Both the position numbers and the translations under genes were made by a program. A DNA stretch of 64,000 nt from an uncultured Chromatiales bacterium (lineage in GTDB: Bacteria > Bacteroidota > Ignavibacteria > SZUA-365): the NCBI GenBank assembly GCA_964448285.1, contig CAYUWG010000004.1:35314-99313 (forward strand), read 5' to 3'. Numbering within the stretch: position 1 is the stretch's first letter; every line of letters starts with the position of its first letter. Under the pieces are notes generated by a model, which did no database searches, had not been told where the DNA came from, and saw nothing but the letters and a program-made list of their open reading frames with translations. This document shows positions 19,700 to 29,551 of the stretch, piece after piece.

Positions 19700-21616
19700 T
19701 TAATGACGATTTTGAATTCGATGATGCAACAGTTCGGTGAATTCCGCAAGAGGCATGATGCCCTGGTCCCCTTCTCTATGCTTGCGTACGGAAACGCTGT
19801 TGCTTGCCCTCTCCTTCTCACCGATAACTGCCATGAACGGAATTTTGTGTGTCTCCCAATCGCGAATCTTATAGCCGATCTTTTCACTTCTCGTATCGAA
19901 GATGCTGCGAATACCGGCATGTTTCAGTTGTTCATGGACGTGGGAAGCATGATCATGAAATTGATCGCTGATCGTAAGAACAGCGACCTGAATCGGTGAG
20001 AGCCAAAGAGGAAAGGCTCCGGCAAAGTGCTCGATGAGCACGCCGATAAAGCGCTCGAACGAACCCATGATTGCGCGATGGATCATGACAGGGCGCTTGC
20101 GGTCGTTTTTCTCATCGATGTATTCGAGTTGAAAACGCTCCGGCATCTGGAAATCGAGTTGGATGGTTGCCAACTGCCATGAGCGTTGAAGGGCGTCTCG
20201 AATGGAGATGTCGATCTTCGGTCCGTAAAATGCACCGTCACCGTGATTCACCTTGTATGTGATGCTATTTGCATCCAGTGCTTCGGCAAGACTTTTTTCG
20301 GCCTGATCCCAGAGTGCCGGATCACCCATGGCGTCCTTCGGTCTGGTTGATAGCGCGTAGCTTGGCTCGAACTGAAAAATCCGGTAAAAGGCATCGACGA
20401 GATGCAACAGGTTCGTTATTTCAGAAAGAATCTGATCAGGTCGAAGGAAAATGTGCGCGTCGTCCATGTGAAACTGCCGCACGCGGAACATGCCATTGAG
20501 CGCACCGGAAAGTTCATTGCGATGATTGCGTCCGAACTCGCTGTAGCGCAATGGAAGGTCCCGGTAGCTCCGCACTTTGTGCCGATAGACATAGGTGCTT
20601 TCCGGACAATTCATGGGCTTGAGGCTATAGGTTTCCTGTTCCGCTTCGATGAGAAACATGTTCTCCTGATAATGATCCCAGTGCCCTGATTGCTGCCACA
20701 ACTGCTTCTTCACGAGTATCGGCGTGAGGATTTCTTCATAACCGGCCGAATCCAGCAACTCCCGAATCAGCTTTTCCATTTCGCGGAAAAGAATCATTCC
20801 GCGTGGAAGCCAGAAAGGCGCACCCGGCGCAATGTCATGGAACGTAAAGAGTTCCAACTCACGACCTAACTTTCGATGGTCACGCTTACGCGCTTCTTCA
20901 AGCAGGTGAAGATGTTCTTCCAAATCTTTCTTCTTAGGAAACGAGATGCCGTAGATGCGTTGCATCTGCTTGTTTTTCGCGTCGCCTTTCCAATAACTAC
21001 CGGAGACATGAAGAAGCTTGACGTACTTAATGCGGCCAGCTGATGGAAGATGTGGGCCGCGACAGAGATCCGTGAACGTTCCTTCAGAATAACAACTGAT
21101 CGTCTCTGTATCCTCGTTGATTTCGGAGAGGATTTCCTGCTTGTACTGGTCTCCTTTTTCCATGAAAAAGGCAAGAGCTTCCTTCTTGCTCATTTCCTTT
21201 CGCGTGAAGGGCGTGTCCTCCTTCGCGAGTTGCATCATACGCTCTTCGATCTTTCGAAGGTCGTCTTCCAAGATGACATGATCGACATCGATGTCATAGT
21301 AGAATCCACCTTCGATAGCCGGACCGACACCAAATTTTGCACCGGGGTACAAATCTTCGACTGCATGCGCCATGAGATGGCTCGTACTATGCCAATAGAC
21401 CGCCTTCCCATCTTCATCTTTGAATGTGACGATTTGAACTTCAGCATCCTCAGCGATAGGACGGTTCAAATCGAATGCTTTGCCGTTCACTTTCACGATA
21501 AGCGCTTCATCCGCGAGTCGCGGGCTGATTGACTGTGCAATCTCCAATCCGGTAACGCCGGACGGGAAGTCTTTTGAGTCGCCATTTGGAAAGGTTATTT
21601 GGACCGTTGATGCCAT
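19700..21616 (-). CDS. thrS: threonine--tRNA ligase
   Basis: It has a TGS domain N-terminus (VQITFPNGDSKDF), an editing domain, a class II core and an anticodon-binding domain. The start at the internal Met (21616) is preferred because the longer ORF runs up to the tRNA. Confidence 0.95.
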   Translation of the reverse strand: MASTVQITFPNGDSKDFPSGVTGLEIAQSISPRLADEALIVKVNGKAFDLNRPIAEDAEVQIVTFKDEDGKAVYWHSTSHLMAHAVEDLYPGAKFGVGPAIEGGFYYDIDVDHVILEDDLRKIEERMMQLAKEDTPFTRKEMSKKEALAFFMEKGDQYKQEILSEINEDTETISCYSEGTFTDLCRGPHLPSAGRIKYVKLLHVSGSYWKGDAKNKQMQRIYGISFPKKKDLEEHLHLLEEARKRDHRKLGRELELFTFHDIAPGAPFWLPRGMILFREMEKLIRELLDSAGYEEILTPILVKKQLWQQSGHWDHYQENMFLIEAEQETYSLKPMNCPESTYVYRHKVRSYRDLPLRYSEFGRNHRNELSGALNGMFRVRQFHMDDAHIFLRPDQILSEITNLLHLVDAFYRIFQFEPSYALSTRPKDAMGDPALWDQAEKSLAEALDANSITYKVNHGDGAFYGPKIDISIRDALQRSWQLATIQLDFQMPERFQLEYIDEKNDRKRPVMIHRAIMGSFERFIGVLIEHFAGAFPLWLSPIQVAVLTISDQFHDHASHVHEQLKHAGIRSIFDTRSEKIGYKIRDWETHKIPFMAVIGEKERASNSVSVRKHREGDQGIMPLAEFTELLHHRIQNRH

Positions 21617-21674
21617 GAGTGGTTCGTGATTTATAATGAAAAAATCGGATGCTCTCCGATTTTTCACTTCGGTG

Positions 21675-21748
<74 letters not shown>

Positions 21749-21757
21749 GACAAAGCT

Positions 21758-21768
21758 TGACAAATATA
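21758..21768 (-). promoter_or_regulatory. candidate FCB-type -7 promoter box (TATATTTGTCA) upstream of tRNA-Val
   Basis: The minus strand reads TATATTTG 12 nt upstream of the mature tRNA 5' end. It is the same 11-mer as at 19101-19111. Confidence 0.35.
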
Positions 21769-21866
21769 CTGCGCCAAGTCCATAAAACAATGAAAGTGAG
21801 GTTTTTTGGCAAGGATGATTCGAATGAATGGACCCGTTCGGCTTTGGTACGGGTAACAACAAGCGG

Positions 21867-22580
21867 TCAGCCCTTAATAATACGTGCCATATCCTCAACA
21901 GCTTTCGGTAAACCGACAAAGACAGCTTTCGCGATGACGGCATGTCCAATGCTTACTTCATCGATCTCTTGGATGCCGGCGATAAAGCGTGCATTGAAAT
22001 AGTTGATGCCGTGTCCTGCGTTAACACCGAGATCGAGAGAGCGAGCGAAGACCGCTGCACTTTTGATTTTTTCAAGGTGCTCCAACAGTTCCTCTTCACT
22101 GCGGGCGCGCGAAAATTCTCCGGTATGGATTTCAATGAAATCAGCATTCACTTCTCTCGCTGCTTCAATCTGTTCATCCAACGGATCGATGAAAAGACTG
22201 ACTTCGATTTCTTTATCATGAAGAAACGCGATCGCACGAGCGATCTTTTCCGCGTTCTTCACAACATCGATTCCGCTCTCTGTCGTAAGCTCTGCTCTGC
22301 GTTCGGGAACGAACGTTGCTAATTCCGGAAGAACTTCTACGCAGATACCCAACAGCTCATCGGTGACGGCCATTTCGAGATCGAGCTTCGACTTCACCGT
22401 TTCCCGTAAAAGTCTCAGGTCGCGATCGTTGATGTGGCGACGGTCTTCCCGCAGGTGGCAGACGATGCCATCCGCACCGTGCAGTTCACAGATGTGCGCG
22501 GCGGTAACGGGATCCGGTTCGAGTCCTCCGCGTGCTTCTCTCAGAGTTGCGATATGGTCGATGTTGATACAAAGTCGCAT
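21867..22580 (-). CDS. pdxJ: pyridoxine 5'-phosphate synthase
   Basis: 237 aa. Motifs present are NIDHIATLREARG, HLREDRRHI and the NAGHGINY-type ending. Confidence 0.93.
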   Translation of the reverse strand: MRLCINIDHIATLREARGGLEPDPVTAAHICELHGADGIVCHLREDRRHINDRDLRLLRETVKSKLDLEMAVTDELLGICVEVLPELATFVPERRAELTTESGIDVVKNAEKIARAIAFLHDKEIEVSLFIDPLDEQIEAAREVNADFIEIHTGEFSRARSEEELLEHLEKIKSAAVFARSLDLGVNAGHGINYFNARFIAGIQEIDEVSIGHAVIAKAVFVGLPKAVEDMARIIKG

Positions 22581-22601
22581 AAAGTTTTTCCTTGTTTGAA
22601 A

Positions 22602-23342
22602 TTAACCGAGCCGCTCGCGTAGAGTGCACGAAAGGTCGATGAAAAGCATGACGCCCCAATGAGTAAGCGCGCAGTACCAAAAGCTCCGCGTCCGAAATGC
22701 CAAGACGCCGAGTGCGATCGCTCCGAGAATCGCACCGAACGTTTCTATCACCGGCTTTCCATTGTGAAGAAGGACAAACGGGATCATTTGAATCAGAACA
22801 GCGAGAGTCTTACCGGTCGCCTTCTCTAAACCGAAGAGAAGATATCCCCGCCAGATGAATTCCCACCCAATGAAATACAGAACGAAAAGCAGTTCATACA
22901 CGATGAATAATCCCCAATCACTCTTGACGATCTGCGCGTGGGGATAGACACGTTGGAATTCCGGCATTCCACTCACGACAATCACGATCGGTAACATGAC
23001 GAGAAGAAACAATCCCGTTGCTCGCAAGCCAAACTTCCAATCACCCAGGCCGAGTCCGAATGCCTTCAGTGGCTTTCGATGAATAATGAGAATAACAAGT
23101 ACAGGCAAAACGAACGAGAGAATGAACTCGCTGAGAAACCAAAACGCATGTTCGTAAAGAGAATACCATTCGAGATGCCCGACCTGATCGAAGAACTCTT
23201 TGCGAAAGAAGCGTTTGCTTCCGTAGTAAAAGGATAAAACAGCGAGAACAGCCGTGGCGAGTAATGCGATAGCGCCGTCCCTGTCTGATTGTCGAACCTC
23301 ACGAATCAGCGAAGTGAGTTCGGCCCGAGCGTTCGGTACCAT
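22602..23342 (-). CDS. CPBP family intramembrane glutamic endopeptidase (CAAX/Abi fold)
   Basis: 246 aa and polytopic. It has the EFIWRGYLL (E..xR) motif and a C-terminal ALTHWG (FxxxH-like) motif. Confidence 0.72.
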   Translation of the reverse strand: MVPNARAELTSLIREVRQSDRDGAIALLATAVLAVLSFYYGSKRFFRKEFFDQVGHLEWYSLYEHAFWFLSEFILSFVLPVLVILIIHRKPLKAFGLGLGDWKFGLRATGLFLLVMLPIVIVVSGMPEFQRVYPHAQIVKSDWGLFIVYELLFVLYFIGWEFIWRGYLLFGLEKATGKTLAVLIQMIPFVLLHNGKPVIETFGAILGAIALGVLAFRTRSFWYCALTHWGVMLFIDLSCTLRERLG

Positions 23343-23351
23343 GATGTGATA

Positions 23352-24293
23352 TTAGAATGTCGTGCTTATTCCAACGCGGTGCAGGGATCCGATTTCACCG
23401 AACGAAGAAAAGGCGTAATCGAATTGATACGACGCGATGTTCAATCCAATTCCGCCGGAAAAGCCCGCGAGTCCGGCCTTCGTTCCGATCTTCAATTCAG
23501 AGCGCATCTCATTGAAATACCCGAAGCGTGCTTTCAGTACTTCAGAGAGGGTAAACTCCCCGCCAATTGAGAATGCCTTGAAGCGCTCGAAGAAGGAATC
23601 GCGGTCTTCATTGAGCTTGTGAAAATTGAGCATGATGTTCAACGGAAGGTGCTCGAGTTTCTTCCCGACTCCAAGTTTGATGTCCAATGGTAACGACTCT
23701 TTGTCCTTTCCGAAGGTGCTGAGCTGTGTCCCGAGATTCAATACACTGAGGCCAATGACGATTTCTTGTTCGGGGATGCTATAGCTTGCTCCAACATCGA
23801 TTGCGATACCAGACGCAGTGAACTCTGCAAGTTGGGAATGAATGTACTTCACGGAGCCACCGTAGTGAAGATTTTCGTAATGATCTCCATACGACACGTT
23901 GATCGCGAGATCCGATGCCCCGAACGAACCGTTGACGTTGCCGGCTTTGTCCGTCCGATCCTGCGTACCGTAGTTCATATACACGACACCGGCGCCGATC
24001 CAACCGATGTTTTCAACCTGCTGAACATAGGTCGCATAGCCTGCATTCACATCGAGTAAGTGCTTGAGAAAGCCTACTGCGACAGAACGTCCCTGAACGG
24101 TACTCAACGCACCCGGATTGATAAACATCGATGCCGGATCGTTTTTTATCGTAAGGAATGTGTTTCCCAAGCCTCCAGCTCGTGCACTCATTGGCAAGCG
24201 CAGAAAATCGAATGCCGTGACATCACCGCCGGCTTGCGCGGTAAAGAGCATGATCGGAAGGATGGAGATGACGAGAGATCGAAATGGTATCAT
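23352..24293 (-). CDS. PorV/PorQ-family outer-membrane beta-barrel protein
   Basis: 313 aa with a signal peptide. The N-terminal motif FDFLRLPMSARAGGLGN......DP....INPGAL is typical of the family. Alternating beta-strand pattern with a C-terminal aromatic residue. Confidence 0.6.
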   Translation of the reverse strand: MIPFRSLVISILPIMLFTAQAGGDVTAFDFLRLPMSARAGGLGNTFLTIKNDPASMFINPGALSTVQGRSVAVGFLKHLLDVNAGYATYVQQVENIGWIGAGVVYMNYGTQDRTDKAGNVNGSFGASDLAINVSYGDHYENLHYGGSVKYIHSQLAEFTASGIAIDVGASYSIPEQEIVIGLSVLNLGTQLSTFGKDKESLPLDIKLGVGKKLEHLPLNIMLNFHKLNEDRDSFFERFKAFSIGGEFTLSEVLKARFGYFNEMRSELKIGTKAGLAGFSGGIGLNIASYQFDYAFSSFGEIGSLHRVGISTTF

Positions 24294-24351
24294 GGCTTTT
24301 TCCTCATTGGCGATACGAATGTAGAAAGCATGAGCGGTGTGTGCAAGGTAG

Positions 24352-25326
24352 TTATTCGTTTCCCCGAGATAAAGGGATCACTCTATCCAATGCATCGCTG
24401 TATCCCCGAATAAGTAGCTTTACGACTTCTTCGGCGGGGAGAATGTCCTTGATCAAGCCAGAGGATTGCCCTGCTTCGAATTCGCCTTCCTCAAGATTTC
24501 CTTCAAAGATTCCCAGACGTTCCCGCCTTTTTCCTAAAAGCATCAATTGCTCTTCTTTCGTCGCACCGCGTTGCTCCGCTTCAACCGCTCGTCGTGCAAA
24601 CGGCGACTGTCGGATCAATCGAACCGGAGCGACTTTCTTCAATGTCAGAACTGTATCGGCATCATTCGCGTCAACAACGAGCTGCTTGTAAACAGCGTTC
24701 GATGATGATTCAATCGTTGCGGCGAAACGGGTTCCAATCTGAACACCTTCCGCACCGAGCGCGAGCGCTGCAAGAATGCCCCGGCCATCTGCAATGCCGC
24801 CGGCTGCTATGACGGGGATTGACACGGCATCCACGACCTGAGGGACGAGACACAACGTGGTGATTTCATCCATGCCGTTGTGCCCGCCTGCTTCGAATCC
24901 TTCTGCTACGACTGCATCGCAGCCTTCCGACTGCGCTTTGAGAGCATGTTTCACTGAAGGAACGACATGAACGACGACGCAGCCAGCCGCTTTCAAGGGA
25001 GCGAGAAGTTTCCCAGGATGCCCTGCAGAAGTGAATACGAAGTGGATGCGCTCCTCTATCGCGGTTCTCGCTAACTCCTCTGAATCGCCACGCATGATTG
25101 GGATATTGACAGCGATGGGTTTATCCGTTTGTGCATGCGCTTTGCGGATATGTTCTCGCAGCAAATCCGGTTTCATCGAGCCGGCGCCGATGCATCCCAA
25201 TACTCCACTGTTTGCAGCCGCGACTGCGAGTTTCCAGCCTGATGTCCAAACCATCCCGGCCTGCACGATCGGGTAATCGATACCGAATAATTCGGTTATG
25301 CGCGTGTGAAAGCGAGGTTTATTCAA
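24352..25326 (-). CDS. NAD(P)H-dependent flavin oxidoreductase (nitronate monooxygenase / FabK-like family)
   Basis: 324 aa. Motifs present are GIDYPIVQAGMVW, a TIM-barrel FMN site and IPVIAAGGIADGRG. Confidence 0.85.
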   Translation of the reverse strand: MNKPRFHTRITELFGIDYPIVQAGMVWTSGWKLAVAAANSGVLGCIGAGSMKPDLLREHIRKAHAQTDKPIAVNIPIMRGDSEELARTAIEERIHFVFTSAGHPGKLLAPLKAAGCVVVHVVPSVKHALKAQSEGCDAVVAEGFEAGGHNGMDEITTLCLVPQVVDAVSIPVIAAGGIADGRGILAALALGAEGVQIGTRFAATIESSSNAVYKQLVVDANDADTVLTLKKVAPVRLIRQSPFARRAVEAEQRGATKEEQLMLLGKRRERLGIFEGNLEEGEFEAGQSSGLIKDILPAEEVVKLLIRGYSDALDRVIPLSRGNE

Positions 25327-25350
25327 TGATCACCGCATGTTGCTGTATGA

Positions 25351-26811
25351 TCAATAATACTCGAAGTGACAAATGCTGATGCCCTGGTTGTTGGGACTGG
25401 TACCGAGTGTTCGCCAGTTCCTGTAGTACAAAGTTTTGTTGTTCGTCTTCACCGAGCCGTATAATCCAGCGCGCACAGCGTCAAGGTAAAGATCGAAAGC
25501 ATTGATCCCGAATGTATTGAGCGCCGGTACAGCAACCGGTCCGGTACCGTCGGTATTATTTGCTCCATGGTCGAACAGAAATATCATAAAGGTATTCGAA
25601 CCTTGTTGACCGCTTCCAGGAGTCGGGGCTGTCCCTGCGTTTATAATGCTTACCGTTCTCTCATTGAGATCACCGATTTCCGCGGTTACGTGAGATTGAT
25701 CACGGCCGTTGTACAAAGCCTGATACGGACTGTGAACAAGTGTAATCGCACTCTTATCGTTCATCACCAACCCTTGCAAAACGCCCTGCACATATGCACT
25801 TCCACCAGATTTCGGCAGCATTCGCACACGCTCGAAGTAGCTGTTCTCTCGCCACGTTTGTTTGTAGATGTGGGTTTCGTGATACCCAGTCGCTACGCCG
25901 TTCACTTCAAGTGAGGAAATCGGTCTTACCGTATCGGCAAAAGAATAGTAGCCGTTAGGATCAGTTTTAACATCTCTCCAAAAGCCATTACTCTGCCTTC
26001 CACCCGTTGCAGGTTCGATATAGAGAAAACGCACCGTGGAGTTCGGTATAGGCGTATTATCGAACATGCTGATGAGACGACCTTTGATAGAATACGTTCT
26101 CAGAAGTTGTGTCGCTGGAATCTTCGTTACTGCAGCATCTTTACCGTTGAAGAATTTGTGGATACCCGCAAATGCTTCACCGGAAGCCAGCAATTGCTGG
26201 TGGTCGAGATTGTTCACTTGCTTGTTGTCGGCACCGGTCAGCGTTCCTTTGTTCGCATCACCGTTTTGTGTGACATCCTGTCCGTTGCTTCTATACGTAA
26301 TGTATTTCACAGGTCCGGGCGTCAATGAGCCATTACGGGTTAAAGATAAATCGAAAACGCCGCCGAGAAACGCAGTGTGCGCGACCCTGTCGTTCCCATC
26401 CAACTTCGTGATATAATACTGCACTGCCTGAGAGCCGATCCCGTGTGAAATAACGTCAACCCGACTGCTGCCCGTCGCCTGTATTACCGCGTTGACTTTC
26501 GCTTGAAGTTGCGTCGCCATTTTCTGCACATCGGCACTTGACCCTGTGATGTAGCTTTCAAAATCGAACGCATGAAGTTGTGTTTCGGTATATCCATTCA
26601 AGAGGAATAATTGACTCATGGGAACCCACGCATCTGCAGCTTCAAGAAATCCATGTGCAAATACTATGGGGCGAACGGCGTCATTTACGGTCGTATCAAC
26701 CGGGTTCGGCGGTGGCGAGACCGGATCATCGTCTTTCGAGCAACCGTTCGTGAACAGGCCGATCGTGACAATGAGAGATGCAATAGTGAATCTGAGTCTG
26801 ATGTGCTGCAT
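25351..26811 (-). CDS. lipoprotein with class-2 (Bacillus LipA-like) lipase fold plus a ~300-aa C-terminal extension; nucleophile position is Gly
   Basis: It has a lipobox (LFTNGC). The N-terminal ~180 aa align by eye to B. subtilis LipA (PIVFAHGF..., RVDVISHGIGSQAVQYYITKLDGNDRVAHTAFLGG versus [35 protein letters not shown]). The internal Met start is preferred. Confidence 0.68.
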   Translation of the reverse strand: MQHIRLRFTIASLIVTIGLFTNGCSKDDDPVSPPPNPVDTTVNDAVRPIVFAHGFLEAADAWVPMSQLFLLNGYTETQLHAFDFESYITGSSADVQKMATQLQAKVNAVIQATGSSRVDVISHGIGSQAVQYYITKLDGNDRVAHTAFLGGVFDLSLTRNGSLTPGPVKYITYRSNGQDVTQNGDANKGTLTGADNKQVNNLDHQQLLASGEAFAGIHKFFNGKDAAVTKIPATQLLRTYSIKGRLISMFDNTPIPNSTVRFLYIEPATGGRQSNGFWRDVKTDPNGYYSFADTVRPISSLEVNGVATGYHETHIYKQTWRENSYFERVRMLPKSGGSAYVQGVLQGLVMNDKSAITLVHSPYQALYNGRDQSHVTAEIGDLNERTVSIINAGTAPTPGSGQQGSNTFMIFLFDHGANNTDGTGPVAVPALNTFGINAFDLYLDAVRAGLYGSVKTNNKTLYYRNWRTLGTSPNNQGISICHFEYY

Positions 26812-26840
26812 GATTACTCCGAATATGTTTTTGTGTAGGA

Positions 26841-27218
26841 TCATTTCTCTTGAATGACAACCAAAGCAGTGACATAGGTTGCAGTGTGGGAAATAGACAG
26901 AAGGACCGTCCTATTTTCAGCGAACTCCTTCATCGCGTTATGCATGACAATCGTAGGCTGACCGGATGGGGCTTTGGTCACCTCAACATCCTTCCATCGA
27001 AAGTTCTTCGCCCATCCCGTTCCAATCGCTTTCCCGAATGCTTCTTTCGCAGCAAAGCGCGCAGCAAAATGCTGAGCCGGGTTTTGTTTGGATGCGCAGT
27101 ACTCATATTCCGCTTGTGTAAAAATGCGTGACGTGAATGCATCACCCCATTGATAAACCATCCGCGATATCCGGGAAATCTCTTCGATATCGATGCCGAT
27201 ACCGTACAAATGACTCAT
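26841..27218 (-). CDS. acpS: holo-[acyl-carrier-protein] synthase
   Basis: 125 aa containing GIGIDIEEISRI and RFAAKEAFGKA. Confidence 0.9.
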   Translation of the reverse strand: MSHLYGIGIDIEEISRISRMVYQWGDAFTSRIFTQAEYEYCASKQNPAQHFAARFAAKEAFGKAIGTGWAKNFRWKDVEVTKAPSGQPTIVMHNAMKEFAENRTVLLSISHTATYVTALVVIQEK

Positions 27219-27904
27219 GCTTCTATCCTGCGATGCATCTCCGCAATGACGATCAACTCGCTGATGTCGTTCAATTCATAGTCAGCGCTCGTTTCCTTCG
27301 TGTCAAATGTATCACCATAGCGCGCGAAGGCGGTCTTCATTCCAACGTTTCGCGCTCCCTTTATATCACGCTCCTCCCAGTCTCCTACCATCAACGTTTC
27401 TTCAGGCTTCGCCGCAAGCAATTCCATGATTCTTTGAAATGGCACCGGACTTGGCTTGCGCTCGCCCGTGTCCTCGAAAGTGACCACCGCGTCAAAAATA
27501 TGATGAAGGTTCAAATAACAGAGTCTCAGCCATGCCTCCAGTTGAGGAGCGTCAGATACGACGCCTAATTTCAGACCCATGCGTGAAAGACGGAACAACG
27601 TCATATGAACATGCGGGTACGTTACAAGCGTCGCTTCCCGTGCGCGTCGATATGCGATGATTCCAGCTGCGAGTATTTTTGGATCGATCCTTCCGGTCAA
27701 CGACTCCAGGAGAGCATTGAACACGCGCTGGTACTCAATCCCCTGCTCTTTGTAAATCTCATTGATGCGAGAGTCGATTTTGCTGTGAGTAAAAGAGAGT
27801 CCAGCATCAATCATAGCGCCGATCCCGGCTTTCACTGCGTTTCTCTTCATAAGCATGAAATCGACGAGGGTGTTATCGAGATCGAACACGACGGCTGTTA
27901 TCAC
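27215..27904 (-). CDS. HAD family hydrolase
   Basis: 229 aa with motif I VVFDLDNTLVDF and motif IV MVGDWEERDIKGA. Confidence 0.8.
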   Translation of the reverse strand: MITAVVFDLDNTLVDFMLMKRNAVKAGIGAMIDAGLSFTHSKIDSRINEIYKEQGIEYQRVFNALLESLTGRIDPKILAAGIIAYRRAREATLVTYPHVHMTLFRLSRMGLKLGVVSDAPQLEAWLRLCYLNLHHIFDAVVTFEDTGERKPSPVPFQRIMELLAAKPEETLMVGDWEERDIKGARNVGMKTAFARYGDTFDTKETSADYELNDISELIVIAEMHRRIEA

Positions 27905-28692
27905 AGGTCATTCGCCCCGTTCGTTGACAATTTCAATCCGTCGTAAAGGAAATCCATTCCTTCAGGCAAGATCTTCCGGTCACGTTCATGGAGAATGTTG
28001 TGCGCAATATGTGTAAAGAATGTTCTTCGTGCATCAATCCTTCTCGCTGTTTCAATAGATTGCCCAAGGTGAAAGTGTGTAGGATGCGGTTCATGACGCA
28101 ATGCATCGAGAATAAGTATGTCTAAATTCTCAAGCAGCGGAAACGATGTATCGGGAATATGATTCGTGTCGGTAACATAGGCAATGTTTCCAAAGCGATA
28201 ACCGAGGACAGTCATACTCCCATGGAGGACGGGAATCGGAAGAATTGGGATGGTGTCGATTACAAGCTTCCCGTGCGGGTCTATATCATGAAACTCAACC
28301 TGTGGAACACCTCCACCGATCGGAGGTGGTTCAATAAAGGCATAGCGAAAGGTAATGCGCATTTCCTCCAGAGTATCCGCCAATCCGAATATCCGCATCG
28401 AGCAATTCTGTATGTAATTATACTGCCGCAAATCATCGAAGCCACCGATATGATCGAAATGATGATGCGTCATCAATACCGCATCGATCCGATCGACGCG
28501 ATGATTGAGCATCTGTTGCCGAAAATCGGAAGAGATATCGATGAGAAATGATTTCCCGTTTACATAGAAGAGAACGGATGGTCGCAAGCGCTTATCTCTG
28601 TAATCCCCGGAAAGGCAAGTTTCACAGGCACATCCAATCGCAGGAACGCCCTGTGATGTGCCGGATCCGAGTACGAGAAGCTCTACACTCAT
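27901..28692 (-). CDS. MBL-fold metallo-hydrolase (PhnP/GPMB-like)
   Basis: 263 aa containing LTHHHFDHIGG. It has 4-nt overlaps with both neighbours. Confidence 0.85.
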   Translation of the reverse strand: MSVELLVLGSGTSQGVPAIGCACETCLSGDYRDKRLRPSVLFYVNGKSFLIDISSDFRQQMLNHRVDRIDAVLMTHHHFDHIGGFDDLRQYNYIQNCSMRIFGLADTLEEMRITFRYAFIEPPPIGGGVPQVEFHDIDPHGKLVIDTIPILPIPVLHGSMTVLGYRFGNIAYVTDTNHIPDTSFPLLENLDILILDALRHEPHPTHFHLGQSIETARRIDARRTFFTHIAHNILHERDRKILPEGMDFLYDGLKLSTNGANDL

Positions 28693-28967
28693 TGTGACGC
28701 TTTTACAAGTTCATCTTCGATATACGCTCGTACAGCGGGTTTGAGAAAGACGGAGTCAACGCCCACGTCAGCAAGAACCCCGGCAATCGTGGCGAGTTTC
28801 CTCTCGATCGTTGATCGTTTGTTGATGACGAGCAGACGCTCTTCATGAAGAATACATGCGCCGCCGTTGAAGTCACCACGCTCGAATCTGATTTTATACC
28901 CGACATGTTCACACGCTTCGCGCATTTCAATCAACAACTGTTCTTTATCCATTTTTGCCATGTTCAA
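28689..28967 (-). CDS. hypothetical protein
   Basis: 92 aa, translationally coupled to the MBL gene (4-nt overlap). I recognise no family. Confidence 0.5.
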   Translation of the reverse strand: MNMAKMDKEQLLIEMREACEHVGYKIRFERGDFNGGACILHEERLLVINKRSTIERKLATIAGVLADVGVDSVFLKPAVRAYIEDELVKASQ

Positions 28968-28969
28968 TA

Positions 28970-29545
28970 CTATGATGATTTATCAGTTTGAGGAACGACT
29001 CGCAACGGACGCAAAACGATGACTGCAACCGCAGTAAAATAGCTGAGTGTTGCGATAACCGGAACCCCGCTGAGCGCCCCGATACGATGCGAGAGCGTTT
29101 CCCGAAGAACGGTACTAAGGTCCGTATAACGTTGTATCCCGTGTTCTCGAATGAGGTCTTTCGTGTTCTCCCAGAGGAGAATGAACTTCAAATCCAAATA
29201 TCCGGTGAAAAACTCCACAGGGATGAATGCAAAGAACAGAATGCAAGCCATGAGAAGCCAGCCATTCTCCTTGAATCGAAAACGGAACTTATGTAAAACA
29301 ATAACGATGGAGATGAGAACGAGGGTGTAACAAATGAGTATGAAAATTGACATTGCCTGAATCAGTTGGAAAAGGAGCAGCTCTTGTTCCATCGTGATAT
29401 TCGGGTCATACTCCAGTGTGCCTGGAATGAAGAACTCATTTGCGATAACGGCTCGCGAAGTAAGTCCGCCTAACCAAAAAAGCGCGGTCAGAGTCAGGAT
29501 GACGAGAGGAATTCTGTGTTTCATCGTTGGGGAGTATTCGACCAT
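28970..29545 (-). CDS. hypothetical membrane protein (about 4 TM helices)
   Basis: 191 aa with hydrophobic segments at roughly residues 12-30, 60-85, 95-115 and 160-180. It lies 2 nt from the next ORF. Confidence 0.55.
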   Translation of the reverse strand: MVEYSPTMKHRIPLVILTLTALFWLGGLTSRAVIANEFFIPGTLEYDPNITMEQELLLFQLIQAMSIFILICYTLVLISIVIVLHKFRFRFKENGWLLMACILFFAFIPVEFFTGYLDLKFILLWENTKDLIREHGIQRYTDLSTVLRETLSHRIGALSGVPVIATLSYFTAVAVIVLRPLRVVPQTDKSS

Positions 29546-29551
29546 GAATTC

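Noticed and set aside
21757-21790. A TTGACA hexamer on the + strand with a possible ATAAAA -10 about 19 nt downstream.
   Set aside because: The spacing is too long, no + strand gene lies downstream, and the region is better explained as the minus-strand tRNA-Val promoter.
21749-21866. A possible terminator hairpin ACCCGT-N11-ACGGGT after pdxJ.
   Set aside because: It has only a 6-bp stem, a large loop and no following U-run.
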